Shown here: piece by piece, positions 54,737-63,333 of the stretch
Numbering within the stretch: position 1 is the stretch's first letter
Layout of the letters: every line of letters starts with the position of its first letter
Position numbers and translations under genes: made by a program
The notes under the pieces: model-generated
Seen by the model: the letters and a program-made list of their open reading frames with translations, nothing else
Database searches by the model: none
What the model was told of the DNA's origin: nothing
IMG/VR virus record: IMGVR_UViG_3300008448_000001
Coordinates: 1-64,000 of that record
Length of the DNA stretch: 64,000 nucleotides
Reading direction: 5' to 3' (one strand)

Positions 54737-56800
54737 ATGTCAAATGAAATGCAGGGCAAAAGCGAAACGAGCGAAATCAAGGATGAACGCCAGGGACCGG
54801 CGTCGCCTGGAGACGGTTATCGCTTCCTTGGGCCTAAGGAACTTGTTCTCGAAGGTGACGAGTTTTGGCACAATGAACTCGGATGGTTCGAGTCCAGAAA
54901 AGATAGTTGTCGTGACAAAAAGCAATCTAATTCGGTCAAATACCGACGTCGAAACAAGTTTAGCGAAGGTGAGTTTGTGCGGATTGTAAAGCCTTTAGAC
55001 GGGGCGACCGGATGGGGAGATTGGGCGGACGAACTTGACGGTAAGGTGGTTAAGATCACGCATTCTTCCCAGGACGGATTATATGATGGTGAATCGCATT
55101 GGTATCGACTGGAAGGTTGCTCCCTTCTGTACTTTCGCGCCGACTGGCTAGCCCCTGCGTCCGCCGAGGCGGCCAAGAAGACCGAAGAAGTTAAAGCACC
55201 GGCAGTCTCAAAGGATAAACGCCAGGGACCGGCGTCGCCTGGAGTCGGCTACCGCTTTCTTGAGCCCGAGGAACTTGTCGTCGAGGGCGACGAGTTTTGG
55301 TCCGGGATTGACAGCCGGTGGGAGGCCAGCGGTATGTACCGCCACAAGGGGGAGCAAGCTGCTCGTTTGTACCGTCGCCGCAACGAGTTCAAAGACGGTG
55401 AAATGGTGCGGGTCGTGAAACCTTTGGATGTCGAGCAGGAACCAAAGTGGGTGGAAAGCATGGACGGCTTTGACGGCCAGATACACGCTGTTCACAGCGC
55501 GGCACTAAAGTCTGGCCGTTTCCACTATTTCCTTCAAGGCACTGAAACTTGGAAGTTCAACGGCGACTGGCTAGCCCCTGCGTCCGCTGAACAAAAGGCC
55601 GAGGAAGCCAAAAAGGCCGAAGCGGGCGGGGAAGCTAAAGCAACGGCAGTCTCGAAGGATAAATGCCCAGGATCGGCAGAGCCTGGAGACGGTTACAGGC
55701 TCCTTGACCCTAGGGAACTTGTCGTCGAAGGCGACGAGGTTTGGAGTTATCAAAACACATGGATCAGTTCCGGAAACTATAGACGTAGCGGCAGGGAACA
55801 ATCGAATACTGCCAAGTATCGACGCCGCAACAAGTTCGCCGTAGGTGAACTTGTGAGGATCGTCAAGCCGTTGGACACAAAGGTCGGGCCGGGATGGCTG
55901 TCTTGTTTTGATCGCTGGATCAATGAAAACAAGGTGTTTACCATCGCCGAGTCAACACCCTCGCGCAACTACGAGGTCGCGGAAAACTGCTACTCCTTTG
56001 CCCCGAACTGGTTAGCCCCAGCCTCCAAGGAGCAAAAGGCCCAGAAGGAAGAGGAAGCCAAAAAGGCCGAGGAAGCCAAAAAGGCTGAGGAAACCAACAA
56101 GGCCGAGGAAGCCAAAAAGGCCGAGGAAGCCAAAAAGGCTGAGGAAACCAAAAAGGCCGAAGAAGACCGCCGTTGCCCGGCAGAACCGGGCGAAGCCTAC
56201 CGTTTCCTTGACCCCAAGGAACTCGTCGTCGAAGGCGACGAGGTTTGGGCATGTGCTAGCTCTGGTGGCTACGAGTGGGTGCCTACCTTAAACCACCGCT
56301 CGGCGGCTGGGAAACAAGGTGCTGGGTTTAGGTATCGTCGCCGCAACAAGTTTGCCGAAGGCGAACTTGTGAGGATCGTGAAACCTTTGGAAACGCCTGG
56401 GCCGCACGGGTGGGTAACTGCGATGAACGCGCTTGACGGCAGGGTAGGCACGATCAGGCTTTCTTTGCAGGGTAGTGAATCGTGGTACAAGATGAAAGAC
56501 TGTTTCCTCTGGCGCTTTTACGGCGACTGGCTAGCCCCTGTGCCAGCCAAACAAAAGGCTGATGAAGCCAAGAAGACCGAGGACGCAGACAAGGTAGCTG
56601 AAGTCGCGGCTACTGACCCGTGGCTATCACCCACAACAGACACGGTCGAACGTGCGATAACGCCACTTTTTGCGGTAAATGTTCACGCACCGTTTACGTT
56701 GCAAGACCTTGCGGAATTCGTGATGGCAGCGAAAAAAGAAAACGGCGAGTATTTCACCCTTCGGCTGGAGGGGGATTGGCTTCAGATTGGCCGAGATTAG
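54737..56800 (+). CDS. repeat protein with four tandem modules of about 145 aa and a KKAEE(A/T) linker
   Basis: 4x PGxxYRxLxPxELVxEGDExW...YRRRNxF..GE.VR.VKPL...WLAP. Confidence 0.85.
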   Translation: MSNEMQGKSETSEIKDERQGPASPGDGYRFLGPKELVLEGDEFWHNELGWFESRKDSCRDKKQSNSVKYRRRNKFSEGEFVRIVKPLDGATGWGDWADELDGKVVKITHSSQDGLYDGESHWYRLEGCSLLYFRADWLAPASAEAAKKTEEVKAPAVSKDKRQGPASPGVGYRFLEPEELVVEGDEFWSGIDSRWEASGMYRHKGEQAARLYRRRNEFKDGEMVRVVKPLDVEQEPKWVESMDGFDGQIHAVHSAALKSGRFHYFLQGTETWKFNGDWLAPASAEQKAEEAKKAEAGGEAKATAVSKDKCPGSAEPGDGYRLLDPRELVVEGDEVWSYQNTWISSGNYRRSGREQSNTAKYRRRNKFAVGELVRIVKPLDTKVGPGWLSCFDRWINENKVFTIAESTPSRNYEVAENCYSFAPNWLAPASKEQKAQKEEEAKKAEEAKKAEETNKAEEAKKAEEAKKAEETKKAEEDRRCPAEPGEAYRFLDPKELVVEGDEVWACASSGGYEWVPTLNHRSAAGKQGAGFRYRRRNKFAEGELVRIVKPLETPGPHGWVTAMNALDGRVGTIRLSLQGSESWYKMKDCFLWRFYGDWLAPVPAKQKADEAKKTEDADKVAEVAATDPWLSPTTDTVERAITPLFAVNVHAPFTLQDLAEFVMAAKKENGEYFTLRLEGDWLQIGRD
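56051..56158 (+). repeat. 18-bp tandem repeat x6 (54-bp higher-order unit x2) encoding EEAKKA
   Basis: GAGGAAGCCAAAAAGGCY units. Confidence 0.9.
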
Positions 56801-56864
56801 CGGGTAGGTGCGAAAATGTTTCGCAATCCCGACACGGTTTGAATTCACTTAAAGGAGCCTGAAA

Positions 56865-57110
56865 TTGGCGACAGCGGAAATTGACGAGCTTGCCAAGAAA
56901 TACGCTTTCAATATCGTCACTAGTCCTGACACGACTTGTACGGTTGATGCGTTTTTGGAAGCGTTGGAACAAGACAAAATTCACGAAGGTGCCTCCGTGT
57001 GGGCTCCATTCGAGCACATGACTGCTGCGGATCTTTTTGAAACGTTTGAGATGTTGGCCGATTCGCACATCGGCTTTTTTTGTGAGACCTCTGATTTAGG
57101 CTTGGAGTAG
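56865..57110 (+). CDS. hypothetical protein
   Basis: AAGGAG RBS, TTG start. Confidence 0.6.
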   Translation: MATAEIDELAKKYAFNIVTSPDTTCTVDAFLEALEQDKIHEGASVWAPFEHMTAADLFETFEMLADSHIGFFCETSDLGLE

Positions 57111-57116
57111 GAATAA

Positions 57117-58214
57117 ATGCATAGTTTTAAAATTGGTGATCGTGTTCGAATGAATGATTCTTTTTCGGGCGTAGTCAGAAGTGTTACGCCAGAGTTTGGG
57201 CTAGTTTCAGTCATAGAGGACAGTGAGGAAAGGATTGTAACTGTTGCCGTGAACTTACTCGATCTAATCCCGGGAGAAGACGAAAGACCGGCACAGCCGT
57301 GTCATGTGGTTTTCTATGTCCACGGGCCGGCTAAAAGGCCGAAGCGGTCAGCTCTTTACGTTGGCGGTAAACTTCAAAGGACTTCAGAGAGCATATCCCT
57401 TTTTGACTTGTGGAGCGAGATTGGCGCGCGTCCGTGCACAATTGAAAAACGGACACTCTTTTTAAACTGTTCCAGCTGGCCGGAGAGACTTGCCGAATTG
57501 GAAGATCTCGTAAATCAGTCGAACAATGAGAATGCGAAAGAAGCTGCCGGAATTTCAAACGCAAAGAAAGTCACTTTGCCTGAGGTGAAGGAAGATCCTT
57601 TGCCGCAGGAGCAGCCTTCCTGTTCGTCCCCTTTGCAAACGCTGCCTTCGGGTCAACTTGCAAAAGCGTCCTCGCCAGAGTTAGACGACGCAATGTTGGA
57701 ACAATTTCGATGGGTGCAGCCGCAATATCGCGAACCCGTGCAAGCAGACGTGGCGAAAGGCCCGATTGAATGTGAAGTACGACATTCTTCGCTTTTTTCG
57801 TCTTGGAAGCGGAGGAACTTAATTGCAGTCCTTCCGGTTGATTACCCTGGTCGTTTTATTGCGCTCGCACCGTCATCATCCCCCGCCAAAACGTCAACCG
57901 CGAGTTGGCAGATGGCTCGAATCGAGATCAAACGACCTGACACTTCGAACCCACCTTGCTCGATTGGTGAAGCTTGCACGTTTTCACCAGGCGACTGGGT
58001 TGCGGTAAACAAGCCGAGCCGAGATACTGCTTGGTCGACGACATGGCCGACATGGCTACGGGAGATGGATCGCTACGACGGTCTTGTCGCGAAGGTTTAC
58101 GGGGAGTTCGAGGGCATGGTCTATTTCACGGGCGACATGCCGAACGAGAATGGCGGCAAATACGCGTATCACGTTGACTGGCTGAAGCGGGTCGATGCAC
58201 CTGCGGCGAGGTAA
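57117..58214 (+). CDS. mosaic protein sharing KOW-like and YREP...ARI modules with 649-2565
   Basis: FKIGDRVR; YREPVQADVAKGPIECEV...WKRRNLIAVLP...WQMARIE; FSPGDWVAVNKP...DWL. Confidence 0.8.
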   Translation: MHSFKIGDRVRMNDSFSGVVRSVTPEFGLVSVIEDSEERIVTVAVNLLDLIPGEDERPAQPCHVVFYVHGPAKRPKRSALYVGGKLQRTSESISLFDLWSEIGARPCTIEKRTLFLNCSSWPERLAELEDLVNQSNNENAKEAAGISNAKKVTLPEVKEDPLPQEQPSCSSPLQTLPSGQLAKASSPELDDAMLEQFRWVQPQYREPVQADVAKGPIECEVRHSSLFSSWKRRNLIAVLPVDYPGRFIALAPSSSPAKTSTASWQMARIEIKRPDTSNPPCSIGEACTFSPGDWVAVNKPSRDTAWSTTWPTWLREMDRYDGLVAKVYGEFEGMVYFTGDMPNENGGKYAYHVDWLKRVDAPAAR

Positions 58215-58234
58215 TGCCAGAGAGAATTCTCTCG

Positions 58235-58263
58235 TTGTGTTAACTATTCGGATTTACCATAAT
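58235..58263 (+). promoter_or_regulatory. sigma70-like promoter
   Basis: TTGTGT-17 nt-CATAAT upstream of GGAGG and ATG 58287. Confidence 0.45.
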
Positions 58264-58286
58264 GTGAGCCATGGAGGGCCCGCACT

Positions 58287-59672
58287 ATGCCTTATGCGTC
58301 CGAAGCACAGCGTCGATTTTTCAATGCAAACCGTAAAAGTTTAGAGTCCGAGGGAGTTGATGTGGATGAGTGGAACAGCTCGTCGAGAGGGAAAAAACTT
58401 CCGGAAAAAAAAGCAAACACTCCCGGACAGACTGGAAACATTCCGGTTACTCCACCGCTACCCGTAAGACCAAAGGCTGCTCCGTCGGCCCACATTCCAC
58501 GCCCTGCACGTCGCCAGACTACTCTGGCTGACATGCAGGGCAACCAGGCGATGGCGACTCAAAAAGTCGCTACGCCTTTTTTTTATCTATTGGGCGATTT
58601 GGCTAAGGCTGCGGCGCAGGTGAAATACGCCCGTCTTGGCGATTTACCGGCATCTAAACCGGATGCGGGGGTTGGAAACACGGCTTTAGCTGGAAATGCA
58701 ACGCAGAACTCGCCAAAACCCGCGGCACCGTTTAAAGGCGGTCCAGGTAAAAAAGGCCTAGGTGTGCCCATGACTCTGCTGGATCGCATGGGGTTAGGCT
58801 CCGGTGCGGCGGATGGAACTTTGCAGGCAAACCTAAGCAATCTAGCTTCCAGCGTTGGTGATTTTGCAACCAGTCCGCTTGGAATCGGTGCGGGGCTTGG
58901 ATTGGGCGCCCTTGGCACTGGCATGTACTTGGGTAGCAGGCGTAAACGCGATGACGACGAGAAGGAGGCAGGTCTCGGTGCGTTGGCTAAATACGCTGCA
59001 GGGCAGTCCGAAGCAAAGCGTAAAAGCGAGGCTAACGAAATCGTAGATATGAATTCCATCGGCGGAAACGTAGCTGACTGTTTGTCGCCATTTAGCTGGG
59101 GTGGCGAACGTGCGGGCAGGTCCCAGGCTATGGCTGAGGCTGCGGGAGATGGGGCAGACATTAACGTAAGGCACCCTGGCGCTACTTCCTTGCTGTTTGG
59201 TGCTGGCGGTGGGGCTCTAGGTAGTTCTTTCGGTCCGGCAGGTGCGGCAGCTGGCTCGTTAGCAGGAGTATTACTTTCCGGGTTGATGCGAAGGCAGGAA
59301 ATGCAACGTATCAACGATTTATATGATGAAAGCGCAGCAGGTGGCAAGCTAAAACCAAAACACCCCGATTTTTCCGGGTTGTCAGCTGCGTTTTTACCTT
59401 TAAGGGGGCCACACCGGACAGGGCAGCTTGAGGCTAGCAGGGTTATGTCCGGTGCAAGAGACCCGAAAGCTAGGCGTAAAGATGGCACTCGAGATGCACT
59501 TTATGGGGTGGATAGTACTGTGCCGTTTGCGGGACTTTTACACGGCTACGCACAAAACCTTAAAACTCAGTTTGCATCGCCGTCGACTGCGACGGAAGCC
59601 GAAAAGCCAGAAAAAGAGGCTGGCATTAAGCTATTGGCTATGTTATCAGCTAAATTCGTAAGTGGGGCTTGA
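58287..59672 (+). CDS. putative virion-associated modular protein with Gly-rich hydrophobic segments
   Basis: MPYASEAQRRFF N-terminal motif; glycine-zipper-like segments; KxA motifs. Confidence 0.7.
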   Translation: MPYASEAQRRFFNANRKSLESEGVDVDEWNSSSRGKKLPEKKANTPGQTGNIPVTPPLPVRPKAAPSAHIPRPARRQTTLADMQGNQAMATQKVATPFFYLLGDLAKAAAQVKYARLGDLPASKPDAGVGNTALAGNATQNSPKPAAPFKGGPGKKGLGVPMTLLDRMGLGSGAADGTLQANLSNLASSVGDFATSPLGIGAGLGLGALGTGMYLGSRRKRDDDEKEAGLGALAKYAAGQSEAKRKSEANEIVDMNSIGGNVADCLSPFSWGGERAGRSQAMAEAAGDGADINVRHPGATSLLFGAGGGALGSSFGPAGAAAGSLAGVLLSGLMRRQEMQRINDLYDESAAGGKLKPKHPDFSGLSAAFLPLRGPHRTGQLEASRVMSGARDPKARRKDGTRDALYGVDSTVPFAGLLHGYAQNLKTQFASPSTATEAEKPEKEAGIKLLAMLSAKFVSGA

Positions 59673-60858
59673 GTTGCATGCAAACCACAGAAATACAAAA
59701 GCTGGCTGGAAACTTGTTCTTCGATCAAGGAATACCCACTAGGCTTACTACCACGTTAGCCGGTGGACTAGGCGGTGCGGGGCTTGGTGGGTTTTTAGAT
59801 TACATGTCTAGCCCTGCAAATGAGGTGGGATATGACGGTATTGTAGCTGGCGGCCTGTTGGGTTCGACATTAGGGTATAGGGCTAAACCTTTTGTTAATC
59901 TTCTGATGGGACGTCACCCTCTGGAAGAAGAGTTAGTTAGACAAGGGCAGGCAGAACGAGAAGCGTACCGAAATAGAAAACCTGATTTTGAATCGTCTTT
60001 ATCCGACGTGTTGCCTGAAGGTTACGAATCAAAAGCGAGAAGTGCGGCTTCTAAGTATCGAGACGGAATTAAAACACACGACGGTGATCTTCGAAATGAA
60101 TTCGCACAGTCGCTTTCTCCGAAAGATTTTACAAGAAAAATTAGAGGGTTTTTCGAACACGGGTTGGACGACACTACTGGTGGTTATTATTTAGGCGGAA
60201 GCGAATCGCCTAGTGACAATGTAATGGTCGCTAACCCTAATAGAATGGATCAGTTTGCAAACACATTGTCACATGAGTTGACGCACTCAACTCAGGAAGA
60301 TTACTTTAAAGGAAAAGGTTTAAGGCCAGCTCCCGGTGGTTTTGTACCTACGCTTAAATCCATTCTAGCTTCAAAAGCAAATGACGAATTCAAGGATGTG
60401 ATTGACCAGTTTAGTACCGGAAATCACGGCGATTATTTGTCGTATAAGTTCGAAGAGGAAGCGTTTTTAGCCGACATTAAACGTAAATATTTCGAAGCTA
60501 CTAACAAGATCGTAGACTCGCACGATGCCGCAACCGAAGCGTTAAATTGGCTATTGTCCGGGTCTAGTAAAGACCGAGCAAGCGAACGAATTAGGCAGCA
60601 GTTGATTCAAAAAAACTTGCTTGCCAGCACTTTGGTGGGCATGGAAACTCAAAGAAAGTTTGATCCTCGTAATCTTCGCAAGCCTGGAACTCCGCTAAGC
60701 CCAGACACAAGAAAAATATTCGATTATTTCAATTGGTTGAAAGGCCGAATGCCTGGTTTAGTGAAAAACAAAAGCCGAGAAAACACTAAAATGGCTAGTA
60801 ACAATTTTATTGGGCTTTTGGCTGTGAGTTGCATGCAAACCACAGAAATACAAAAGCT
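59670..60858 (+). repeat. 34-bp exact direct repeat pair
   Basis: TGAGTTGCATGCAAACCACAGAAATACAAAAGCT at 59670-59703 and 60825-60858. Confidence 0.95.
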
Positions 60859-61870
60859 AGCGACTGCGGCTGCTTTAGGTAGCAGACGTAAAAAAAAGCA
60901 AAAAGAACCGGGTTTTGGCGAGTTGGCAGCTCCGTCTACTTGGCTTGCCGGGCTGGGGGCAGCCGGTGCCGGTGGACTGGGTACGGCTTACGGATTAGGC
61001 TCCGACAAACAAATTCAGCGTGTGATCGACGCAGCCAATAGCTACGATCCGGCAGTTTTTACAGAAGGTAAGTTACCTCCAAACCAAACCGGCTTAACCT
61101 ATTACCAAAAAATGCTTTCGCCGGGGGCTCAGCTTAAACCTTTTGGTATTCCGGTTGGTGAGTTGCTAGTAAAGCTCAGGAGCAGTCCTGAGATAATGAA
61201 AGCACTCGGTACCAGAGAAGCTCTTTTACCTACGTTAGCGGAGCAGAGGGGCATTAACGGGGCTACGCACTATGAGATGTTTTCAAGAGGGCCTATTGCC
61301 GCGTATGCGCATCAAATGAAAGCAAAGTATCCTGATGTAAAAGTACCCGAGACACTGGCAGGTGTATCCGAAGCGAATTACACGGATTGGATGAACCGTA
61401 AACTGGAAGATTTTATCGCTAGTGAAACAAAACAAAGGATAAATCCATTTGAAATCAACCTGAATTTTTTACCGCACGAGGACCAGACTGCGATGATGGA
61501 ACGTTTTCACGCATCTTTGCCTGCTGCTGTTATGCAGTATAAAAGAGAGGTCGAAAATCCCGGCCCAGCGTATGCTTCGCAAACTCGCAACTATTTACCC
61601 AAAGCCAAAGCTTACGCCGACTTTAGGAATCAGCTAAAGAATATCGGTGTTACTGCTGGGGGTGCCGCCATAGGTGGTGGTCTTGCAAACGCGATTTACA
61701 ACGCGTTGGTAGCTAAAAAGAAGCGTTCTAGTTTGGGTCAGTGGGGTTCGGCTTTGTTGGGAACAGGTCTAGGCGGAGCTGGTTCTTATCTTGTTGGAAC
61801 CGAACCAGGTCGAGCTGTTTCAGGCGCTTGGCTAAAAACCCTTATCGATAAGCTTTCCAGGGGGACCTAA
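59678..61870 (+). CDS. putative virion protein with HExxH zincin-like domain and glycine zippers
   Basis: TLSHELTHSTQ with downstream EEEAF; GGLGGAGLGG segments. Confidence 0.7.
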   Translation: MQTTEIQKLAGNLFFDQGIPTRLTTTLAGGLGGAGLGGFLDYMSSPANEVGYDGIVAGGLLGSTLGYRAKPFVNLLMGRHPLEEELVRQGQAEREAYRNRKPDFESSLSDVLPEGYESKARSAASKYRDGIKTHDGDLRNEFAQSLSPKDFTRKIRGFFEHGLDDTTGGYYLGGSESPSDNVMVANPNRMDQFANTLSHELTHSTQEDYFKGKGLRPAPGGFVPTLKSILASKANDEFKDVIDQFSTGNHGDYLSYKFEEEAFLADIKRKYFEATNKIVDSHDAATEALNWLLSGSSKDRASERIRQQLIQKNLLASTLVGMETQRKFDPRNLRKPGTPLSPDTRKIFDYFNWLKGRMPGLVKNKSRENTKMASNNFIGLLAVSCMQTTEIQKLATAAALGSRRKKKQKEPGFGELAAPSTWLAGLGAAGAGGLGTAYGLGSDKQIQRVIDAANSYDPAVFTEGKLPPNQTGLTYYQKMLSPGAQLKPFGIPVGELLVKLRSSPEIMKALGTREALLPTLAEQRGINGATHYEMFSRGPIAAYAHQMKAKYPDVKVPETLAGVSEANYTDWMNRKLEDFIASETKQRINPFEINLNFLPHEDQTAMMERFHASLPAAVMQYKREVENPGPAYASQTRNYLPKAKAYADFRNQLKNIGVTAGGAAIGGGLANAIYNALVAKKKRSSLGQWGSALLGTGLGGAGSYLVGTEPGRAVSGAWLKTLIDKLSRGT

Positions 61871-61884
61871 TTTTGGAATCGACC

Positions 61885-63333
61885 ATGTGTGCTGTAAAAA
61901 TTTTGGCTAAACAAGCCGCAGACGAAAGCAATGCTCTGTTTAACTATGTCGGGCTACCTTTAGCTATGGCTGGAGGCGGCGCATTACTTGGAGCAGGATT
62001 GGGGGCAGCACAGCATCCAATTTCAGAAGCGTTTGAAACGGATAAATCACCCGAGAGCAGGCTTCAGCGGTTAAAGCAAAAATTAGTAAGCGGTTCCATT
62101 GGCGGTGCAGGCGCCGGCTTAGGTGTACTACTCTCCAGGACAATTAATCGGTATTTAGACAAAGACGCAGCATCCCGTTGCTGGAAAGGTTACGAGCCTG
62201 TACCGGGTAAAACTCCTTACAGCGAAGACAGTTGCAAGCCGGTTGGTTCCAAAGCAAAGAAAAAGGAAAAGAAAGCAGCAGGCTGCGGCTGTGGTGGTCA
62301 AAAGTGCGACAACTGCGGCACGGCACCTTGCGAGTGCAACTCCGGCGCAGATCCTTCACGTGCGGTGAAAATTGCCGCAGCCAGGCTTATCATCAAAGTG
62401 GCAGGGACGCGGGGTCTATGGGACAACGTCCACGCTAAACGGAAACGAGGCGAAAAGCCTGCTAAGCCAGGCGAGAAGGATTATCCGGACAGCAAGTCGT
62501 GGAACGCCACAGTGAAGGCTGGTGCAGTCGATAAGCTCATTTCGATGCTTGCCACTGGCAGACTCAAGCGGGCAGGTATCTTTTATCGAGATCTAGAAAC
62601 ACCTTCGGCGACTATCGTCAATGATGACGACCGCTACGGATTGGCCGCAATGCGGACTCAAGAACCTCGTATGTTAACGCGTTTATTTAGTAACCCGGAA
62701 ACTGACGCTTTGACGGCTTTGAGTGAGCTGAAAGCGAACAAACCGGAAAGCTTAGAGCGAACTACCCTTCCTGGGCGACATCTTTCGAACGAGTTTGGAG
62801 CTACGCTTCAAAAACTTTATCCTTCTCGATACCGTGACCCACAAGAAGGCGAATTATTTTCAACGTTAACAGATTTGATCGACGAGGAGCCCGAGCCTGC
62901 ATCCCGTAAAGACGTACAGGCAACGCGTCGACGATATGCTCCCATGATGCATCAACGGTATGCGTCTCAAGCCGATAAAGAAATGATCAGTAAACTTTTT
63001 TCCGCTTTGGAAAAAAGCTATTCAGAGCGCAAAACGAAAGCAGCCAGCGACATTGTTGCTTTAGCTAAGATTGCAGCCGAAGGTGCTTGGACTCGCTCCG
63101 AAGGTAAAAGCGAGTCCGGAGGGCTGAACGCTAAAGGCCGAGCCAGCCTTAAAGCACAAGGGCACGACATCAAACCGCCCGTGACCGAGGATAACCCCAC
63201 CGGTGAGCGAGCTGACCGCAGGGCAAGCTTTTGCGCTAGAATGTCCGGAATGAAGCGAAAGCGAACAAGTGCTGAAACGGCAAGAGACCCGGATAGCCGC
63301 ATCAATAAATCCTTGCGAAAATGGAAATGTTAA
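61885..63333 (+). CDS. modular virion-type protein with C-terminal DUF6321-like domain
   Basis: RCWKGYEPVPGK, GLWDNVHAKRKRG, AWTRSEGK..SGGLNAKGRAS...RRASFCARM...SRINKSLRKWKC modules. Confidence 0.75.
   Translation: MCAVKILAKQAADESNALFNYVGLPLAMAGGGALLGAGLGAAQHPISEAFETDKSPESRLQRLKQKLVSGSIGGAGAGLGVLLSRTINRYLDKDAASRCWKGYEPVPGKTPYSEDSCKPVGSKAKKKEKKAAGCGCGGQKCDNCGTAPCECNSGADPSRAVKIAAARLIIKVAGTRGLWDNVHAKRKRGEKPAKPGEKDYPDSKSWNATVKAGAVDKLISMLATGRLKRAGIFYRDLETPSATIVNDDDRYGLAAMRTQEPRMLTRLFSNPETDALTALSELKANKPESLERTTLPGRHLSNEFGATLQKLYPSRYRDPQEGELFSTLTDLIDEEPEPASRKDVQATRRRYAPMMHQRYASQADKEMISKLFSALEKSYSERKTKAASDIVALAKIAAEGAWTRSEGKSESGGLNAKGRASLKAQGHDIKPPVTEDNPTGERADRRASFCARMSGMKRKRTSAETARDPDSRINKSLRKWKC

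Noticed and set aside
54737-56800. Diversity-generating retroelement
   Set aside because: No reverse transcriptase in the window, and differences between repeats are not adenine-specific.
58583-59488. Long minus-strand ORFs (301 aa here; also 30358-31131, 39054-39764, 16785-17432)
   Set aside because: They are shadows of strongly supported + strand genes and have no recognisable motifs.
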